Shown: in pieces, positions 59,201-64,000 of the stretch | Layout of the letters: every line of letters starts with the position of its first letter | Position numbering within the stretch: position 1 is the first letter of the stretch | Source: Myxococcota bacterium | GTDB taxonomy: Bacteria; Myxococcota_A; UBA796; SXON01 | Direction of reading: 5' to 3' | DNA: 64,000 bases | NCBI GenBank assembly: GCA_040386535.1 | Contig: JAZKFH010000019.1 | Coordinates: 162,086 to 226,085, forward strand | Notes under the pieces: model-generated | Told to the model about the DNA's origin: nothing | Databases searched by the model: none | Seen by the model: the letters and a program-made list of their open reading frames with translations, nothing else | Made by a program: the position numbers and the translations under genes

Positions 59201-60835
59201 TTGTTCTGCTCCCGCTCGACCCACTCGCTCGTGCTCGTTCTGTCCCTCACCGCGTGCCGGCCGTCGGAGCCGGCGTTCGACGTTGCGTCGGGGCGCGAGG
59301 ACTCCCCGAACGTCGGCGTTGTCCCCCGGGCCCCCCGGCCGGACCACGGCGGTGCTCCCGACGACCCACGAGCGCGGCTCTACGCCGAGCTGCGGGACAA
59401 GACCGAGCGTCGGGAGGCGTTCTCGCCCCCGAAGGAAGAGCGGCTCGGGCTCCACGTGCTCGCGGAGATGGACGCCGCCTCGTCGGATCTGCTCGCGGCG
59501 GAGTCCGATGTCGACCTCTACTACGCGCTCGTGAAGCTGAGCGCCGCGCGGCGGGATCGGCACCTCCGGGTCGTCCCGGCGAGAGGTGGCCTCGAGGTCC
59601 CCGGCTTCGGAGCCGAGCTCGAGGCGCCCCTCCGCTTCGCCGTCGACTATGGCACGGAAGGCGCCTACGGCATGTTCGTCACGGACCTCGACGCGTCGCG
59701 CTTCGACCGATCCGAGCGGGTCCCCGAGCCGGGCGACCATGTCGTGGCGGTGAACGGGCGGCCGCTCGCGGACCACGTCGCCGACCTTGCCGCGTACCAC
59801 AGCTGGTCCACGGTGGAGAACCTCTGGTGGAACGTCGCGGACGATCTGCACGAGCGCAACACGGCCATCCCGCCCGACCGTTTCTCCGACGAGGTCACGT
59901 TCGCGCTCCGGACGGCCGAGGGCGCCGGGTACGAGGTGACGGTCCCGTACCTGGAGGAAGAAGACATCGACTGGAGCGGCGGGGACGAACCCGCGTACCC
60001 GGACATGGGCCTCGTCGCCTCGACGGAGACGTACGACCTCTACAGCCACACCGCGGGCCGGGAGGTGCTCCTGTTGCAGTGGCACGGGTTCGGCTCGACC
60101 CTCGAGGACGACATCGACCGCCTCGTGGCCTACGCCGAGGAGGAGGGCCTCCTCCGGCACGCGCTCATCGTCGATGCCACCGGCTCACGCGGCGGCTCGC
60201 ACGGCGCCTACGCGCTCCGGCGCCTGACCGGGCGCCCCTTCACCTGCACCTTCGGGAACCTCCGCCTAAGTGACATCACCCCGGCCTTCATCGAGGAGGT
60301 CCGGGAGGGCGCGAGCGGCGGGGAGGTGTCCGACGCGGACGCGCGCCTGCTCGAATGGCTCGAAGGACCCGTGACGGACGCGCTGCTCGCGGGCGAGCCC
60401 TACAGCGAGAACGTTCCGTTCAAGCTCGTGGATCTGCCGGCTGGCTCCGACGGGATGGTCGAGCCCGCGGCCGTGCACTTCGACGGCCCCCTCGTGGCGC
60501 TCTTCGGACCGGGGGGAGGGTCCCACCTCGACCAGTTCGCCGCGATGATCGTGGACAACGACCTCGGGCACACCATCGGCATGTCGACGGGCGGGTACAG
60601 CAACACCTGGGAGTGGACGGAGACGGTGACGATGCCCGGCACGGAGCGTCCGCTCGTGGACTTCATGTGGTCCATCGGGCAGACCATCCGCCCGAACGGC
60701 GCGGTGCTGGAGGGGAATCCGGCGGCGGTCGACGAGCACGTGCCGCGGACCGCCGAGAATTGGGCGACGTACCATGCCGATCTGCTCGAGCGGGCGTACG
60801 CCTACCTGGACCGGCTCGCGGAGCCGTCCGGCTGA
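59201..60835 (+). CDS. S41-family peptidase-like lipoprotein with PDZ-like region (start uncertain)
   Basis: LSLTA-C lipobox; PGDHVVAVNGRP; LIVDATGSRGG; GSHLDQFA; IGMSTGG; LEG. Confidence 0.7.
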   Translation: MFCSRSTHSLVLVLSLTACRPSEPAFDVASGREDSPNVGVVPRAPRPDHGGAPDDPRARLYAELRDKTERREAFSPPKEERLGLHVLAEMDAASSDLLAAESDVDLYYALVKLSAARRDRHLRVVPARGGLEVPGFGAELEAPLRFAVDYGTEGAYGMFVTDLDASRFDRSERVPEPGDHVVAVNGRPLADHVADLAAYHSWSTVENLWWNVADDLHERNTAIPPDRFSDEVTFALRTAEGAGYEVTVPYLEEEDIDWSGGDEPAYPDMGLVASTETYDLYSHTAGREVLLLQWHGFGSTLEDDIDRLVAYAEEEGLLRHALIVDATGSRGGSHGAYALRRLTGRPFTCTFGNLRLSDITPAFIEEVREGASGGEVSDADARLLEWLEGPVTDALLAGEPYSENVPFKLVDLPAGSDGMVEPAAVHFDGPLVALFGPGGGSHLDQFAAMIVDNDLGHTIGMSTGGYSNTWEWTETVTMPGTERPLVDFMWSIGQTIRPNGAVLEGNPAAVDEHVPRTAENWATYHADLLERAYAYLDRLAEPSG

Positions 60836-62199
60836 TCGTCCGCTCCCCAACCCGGCAGCGGCTCGGTCAGCGGGAGGATCCACGACGCACTTCCGAGGGT
60901 CCGGCGCTCCGCGGCGAGGTCCACGGTCGGATCGACGAGGCGCCGAGCCGGCCGGCCGTTGAGCCGCACCTCGACGTCCGCGTACACGGCCACACGGGCG
61001 TGGCCCTGGGCGCGCGCCTCCGCGGCGAGGTGGTGCGCGAATTGGAGCAGGAGGTCGGGACGCGTCCGCATCATCTTGTCGCTCCGCTTCGGCAGCCGCG
61101 TTTCGGGATGAACGATCCAACGTTCGCCCGTGTCCGGATCGTGCAGGCGGAAGCGCGCGCGGCCCTCCTTGTCCCGCAGCTTCATGCGCCACGAGAATTG
61201 GTGCCCTTCCTCGTTCCACGCCACGTCGCCCGGGTACAGCCAATGCCGCAACGGCAGGGCCGTGTGCACCGTGAACCAGGCCGCCATCGCCGCGACAATT
61301 ACGGCGCGCAGGCGCGGGCCCGGGAGCGGCGCAGTCCTCCCGCGGGCGCTCGGAATGGATACCAATTTGCGCGGCCAGGACGGATCGCAGAACAGCGTGG
61401 TGGCGGCCAGCATCAGCCACGGGAAGATCCCGATGTCGAAGAGCGCCGCGTTCAGGAGGTGGAACCCGGTCGCCCCGACGAGCGCGAACGGGCGCGTGCG
61501 CCGCGACAGGAGGAGGGGACCCACCGCGAGGTCGAAGGCGAGGCCACCGTAGCTCATGGCCCACCCGGTGGCGTCGTGCGCGAGAACGGCCCCCACGACA
61601 GGAACGGAGCGCCTGCTCTCGAGGAAGTCGACGAGGGGTTGGGCGCGGAGCCAATCGGGGTTCAGCTTGGCCAGCCCGGCAAAGAGGTAGACCTGACACA
61701 AGAACAACCGTAGGAGGTGAAGCGGCCACCCGCTCACCGAGTCGGCGCGCAAGCGGGGCCTCAACGCGGCGTCCACCGAAAACGCGCGGTTGAGGGGCAT
61801 CCAGGGGAGGAGGAAGGCGAGGAGGCACACCAAGTAGATGTGGTTGAGGTAGTAGGCGGCGTCGATCAGGAAGATCCAGGAGATTGCGACGAACAGCAGC
61901 GCCGCTGCGACGCGGTAGAACGCCCCGGCGGCCACGCAGGCGCCCAGGACGGCGAGGGCGACGAACAGCGCGGTCATCCCTCCCGCGGAGGCCGGTCGCA
62001 CCCAGTCGAAGCCGAAATAGGTGAAATGGAAGGGCGGCCTCACGTAGTCACGTTCCACCCACCCGGAGGCGAGGTGGCGCACGGCCTCCCAGGTCATGAG
62101 AAGGCCGAACGCAACCCGGAACACGACCAGGCTGGCGAGGTCCACCGGGGCGAAGAGCTTCGCCCCGGCGGACTGCAGCGCTGGTGGAATCTTACGCAT
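60802..62199 (-). CDS. HTTM-domain / vitamin-K-dependent gamma-carboxylase-like membrane protein
   Basis: SLVVFRVAFG, FHFTYFGFDW, YYLNHIYL, VYLFAGLAKLNPDWL, FHLLNAALFDIGIFPW and WNEEGHQFSWRMKL motifs. Confidence 0.9.
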   Translation of the reverse strand: MRKIPPALQSAGAKLFAPVDLASLVVFRVAFGLLMTWEAVRHLASGWVERDYVRPPFHFTYFGFDWVRPASAGGMTALFVALAVLGACVAAGAFYRVAAALLFVAISWIFLIDAAYYLNHIYLVCLLAFLLPWMPLNRAFSVDAALRPRLRADSVSGWPLHLLRLFLCQVYLFAGLAKLNPDWLRAQPLVDFLESRRSVPVVGAVLAHDATGWAMSYGGLAFDLAVGPLLLSRRTRPFALVGATGFHLLNAALFDIGIFPWLMLAATTLFCDPSWPRKLVSIPSARGRTAPLPGPRLRAVIVAAMAAWFTVHTALPLRHWLYPGDVAWNEEGHQFSWRMKLRDKEGRARFRLHDPDTGERWIVHPETRLPKRSDKMMRTRPDLLLQFAHHLAAEARAQGHARVAVYADVEVRLNGRPARRLVDPTVDLAAERRTLGSASWILPLTEPLPGWGADDQPDGSASRSR

Positions 62200-62540
62200 C
62201 AATCCCAGTCATCGTCATTGTCGTGGTCGTCATCGTCGTCCCAGTCGTCGTCGTCGTCCCAATCGTCGTCGTCGTCCCAGTCGCGGCGGCGGTCCCAGTC
62301 GTCATCGTCGTCCCAGTCGCGGCGGCGGTCCCAATCGTCGTCGTTGTCCCAGTCGCGGCGGCGGTCCCAATCGTCGTCGTCGTCCCACCGCGTGAAGAGG
62401 ATCGGCGCCTCGACCGATGACGCCGCCTCGGTCTCGAGCGGGGCGCTCGGGGCCTGGGCGTGGGCCTGCAACACACTCGCGCCCCCGCCGACGCCGGCGG
62501 CAAAGATCGCGACAAGCCCGAGCTTGCGGAGCAAATGCAT
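62199..62540 (-). CDS. Secreted peptide with ten (W/H)DxxxD hexapeptide repeats
   Basis: GGAGG RBS; signal peptide ending AHA/AQA; stop overlaps the HTTM start (TGATG). Confidence 0.8.
   Translation of the reverse strand: MHLLRKLGLVAIFAAGVGGGASVLQAHAQAPSAPLETEAASSVEAPILFTRWDDDDDWDRRRDWDNDDDWDRRRDWDDDDDWDRRRDWDDDDDWDDDDDWDDDDDHDNDDDWD
62202..62387. repeat. 18/36-bp coding tandem repeat
   Basis: tcccagtcgcggcggcgg alternating with tcccaatcgtcgtcgtcg variants. Confidence 0.9.
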
Positions 62541-63029
62541 TTCGAACCTCCGCTCTCTAAGAGCGCACGTGGCTCCCGCCGGCGCCGTCCGTTGCGCCCT
62601 TGGCGAAGTGGCTCACCACTTGTCGTGTCGCGACCGGATGTAACCTCCGGCGGAGGCCGGGATCGTGCGGTCCGGAGTTGGCTCAGGCGGGGAGGTTCGA
62701 GTGCCAACTGAGGGCGCGGATGCAAGACACAGAGGGGTCTGGGCGACCGACGTTGGGCGCGGTGCCCGTCGCCCCGAGCGGCGCCGACCGCGCCCAGGGA
62801 GCGCCTGGGTCCACCTGCGCCAGGCGCCCGGAAGGCGGCCGCGCGGGCGCGGCCGGTTCGGCGGTGGGCGGCGCGCGAGCGCCGCTGACCGCCAACCGAG
62901 CGGCTCTGCCGCGAGTCTGGAGGGGGCCGACGGGCCCGCGTCCGCGCGGGGCCGGGGCGCCGGACCGCCCCGTTCCTCGCGCGCCTCGGGCCCTTGCTTC
63001 AGCCCCCGCCGCGACACCTCGACAGCACC

Positions 63030-63368
63030 CTACGGGCCGCTCCGCACGAAGCGTTCCACGTCGCTCACGTAGCCCAATGGGCTGAACGACAGGTAGAACA
63101 CGCCGATCACGAGCGGGGCCACCAGGGCGCCCCAGGCCCACGAGAGCAGGCGCCGACGGAGGCCCCACGCCAGCAGCGCGGCCCAGACCGGCGCCAGCGC
63201 GAGCAGGCCGGAGGCCAGGCCCACCTGTGTCAGGGCGTCGGAGGCGTCGAAGTGGGTGTAGGGCTCGTCGGTCGCGCCCTCGAGCACCACGAAGAAGCCG
63301 ACGGCCCACCATGCGGTCAGCGTGGTGATGAGCAGCGTCTTGAGGGACGAGGAGGCTTCGGGGTCCAT
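63030..63368 (-). CDS. Small three-TM membrane protein
   Basis: Three hydrophobic segments. Confidence 0.65.
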   Translation of the reverse strand: MDPEASSSLKTLLITTLTAWWAVGFFVVLEGATDEPYTHFDASDALTQVGLASGLLALAPVWAALLAWGLRRRLLSWAWGALVAPLVIGVFYLSFSPLGYVSDVERFVRSGP

Positions 63369-63407
63369 GGAGGGAACGGTACCATCACGTCCCCGTTACC
63401 ATGGCGG

Positions 63408-64000
63408 ATGCTCCTGCTCCTCGCGCGCCTCGCCCTCGCCGCCTCCTACACCGACGAGGTCGGCGGGGCCGAGCTCACCGTGCCCCTGCGCGACAGCGCC
63501 GTCGGCAACGGCTTCCTCGTGACGCACGCCGTCGAGCTCCGGGCTGTCACGGGGCTGCTCTCCGCGGAGTCCCGCTTCGGCGACATCGTGTCCGTGTTCA
63601 GCTACACCCGTGTTCCCGGCGACGACGCGTGGACGGCCGGCCCGACCGCGTTCGCGTTCCTCATCGACGATGGCCCCGCCACCGAGCAGACCGCCACGTT
63701 CGACGCGCCCGTCCCGCTCGAGGCCGGCGAGGAGCTGCTGCTCCTCTTCGTCGGTGGCTCGTCGGCGGCCGTGGAGGCCTCCGCGGTGGACGGCGCCTTC
63801 GACACGCGTTGGGGCGTGGCCCTCGGCTATTGCGCGACGACTGACGGCCTCGACGCCGTGGACGACACCAGCTGCTCCTTGCACGACATCCGCGGCGCCT
63901 GGATGCGCCTCGCCGTCGACGCCCCCGACGCGGACGGCGACGGCGCCGACACCCTCACCGACTGCGACGACGCCGACTCCACGCTCGCCGAAGACTGCGA
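63408..64000 (+). CDS. Secreted protein with PF11617-like motif; partial, runs off the window
   Basis: MLLLLARLALA signal; open to the window end; DADGDGADTLTDCDDAD. Confidence 0.75.
   Translation, partial: MLLLLARLALAASYTDEVGGAELTVPLRDSAVGNGFLVTHAVELRAVTGLLSAESRFGDIVSVFSYTRVPGDDAWTAGPTAFAFLIDDGPATEQTATFDAPVPLEAGEELLLLFVGGSSAAVEASAVDGAFDTRWGVALGYCATTDGLDAVDDTSCSLHDIRGAWMRLAVDAPDADGDGADTLTDCDDADSTLAEDC

Noticed and set aside
62202..62387. Possible CRISPR array
   Set aside because: No unique spacers; period is a multiple of 3 with synonymous variation; lies in an ORF with RBS and signal peptide; no cas genes

Overview
High-GC bacterial window, probably Myxococcota-like (inferred from DADGDG..DCDD motif proteins, DTDADSD linkers and a Hanks kinase). 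It has three parts. (1) Bases 1 to ~46530 look like a tRNA-integrated genomic island. The left edge has a probable tyrosine-integrase N-terminus facing away from an XRE repressor. The right edge has a tRNA 3'-end remnant (att site) with TGTGGCCA direct repeats. The cargo is rich in predicted defence functions: several HNH nucleases, a Septu-like ATPase+HNH pair, TIR-TPR, a GIY-YIG-like protein, two UDG-fold proteins, DUF429, a degenerate RNase III, a PD-(D/E)XK nuclease, an MmeI-like RM enzyme coupled to an FRG protein, a DUF4145-Sel1-SEC-C protein, and a Ser/Thr kinase ending in an SSB-like DDDIPF tail. (2) ~46.6-59.1 kb is a decaying mosaic: an HTH/PIN TA operon, an ankyrin protein, a broken and partly inverted RHS gene with duplicated toxin-tip/immunity modules, a truncated LysR, intact iorAB-like genes, and deleted cupin, FGE-like and aldo-keto reductase remnants. 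(3) ~59.2-64 kb holds an S41 peptidase and a vitamin-K-dependent-carboxylase-like (HTTM) gene translationally coupled to a secreted Trp/Asp hexapeptide-repeat peptide. The best candidates for undescribed systems are the HTTM/VKGC + WDxxxD peptide pair and the kinase with an SSB-tail mimic. All family calls come from motif recognition by eye; no database searches were run.
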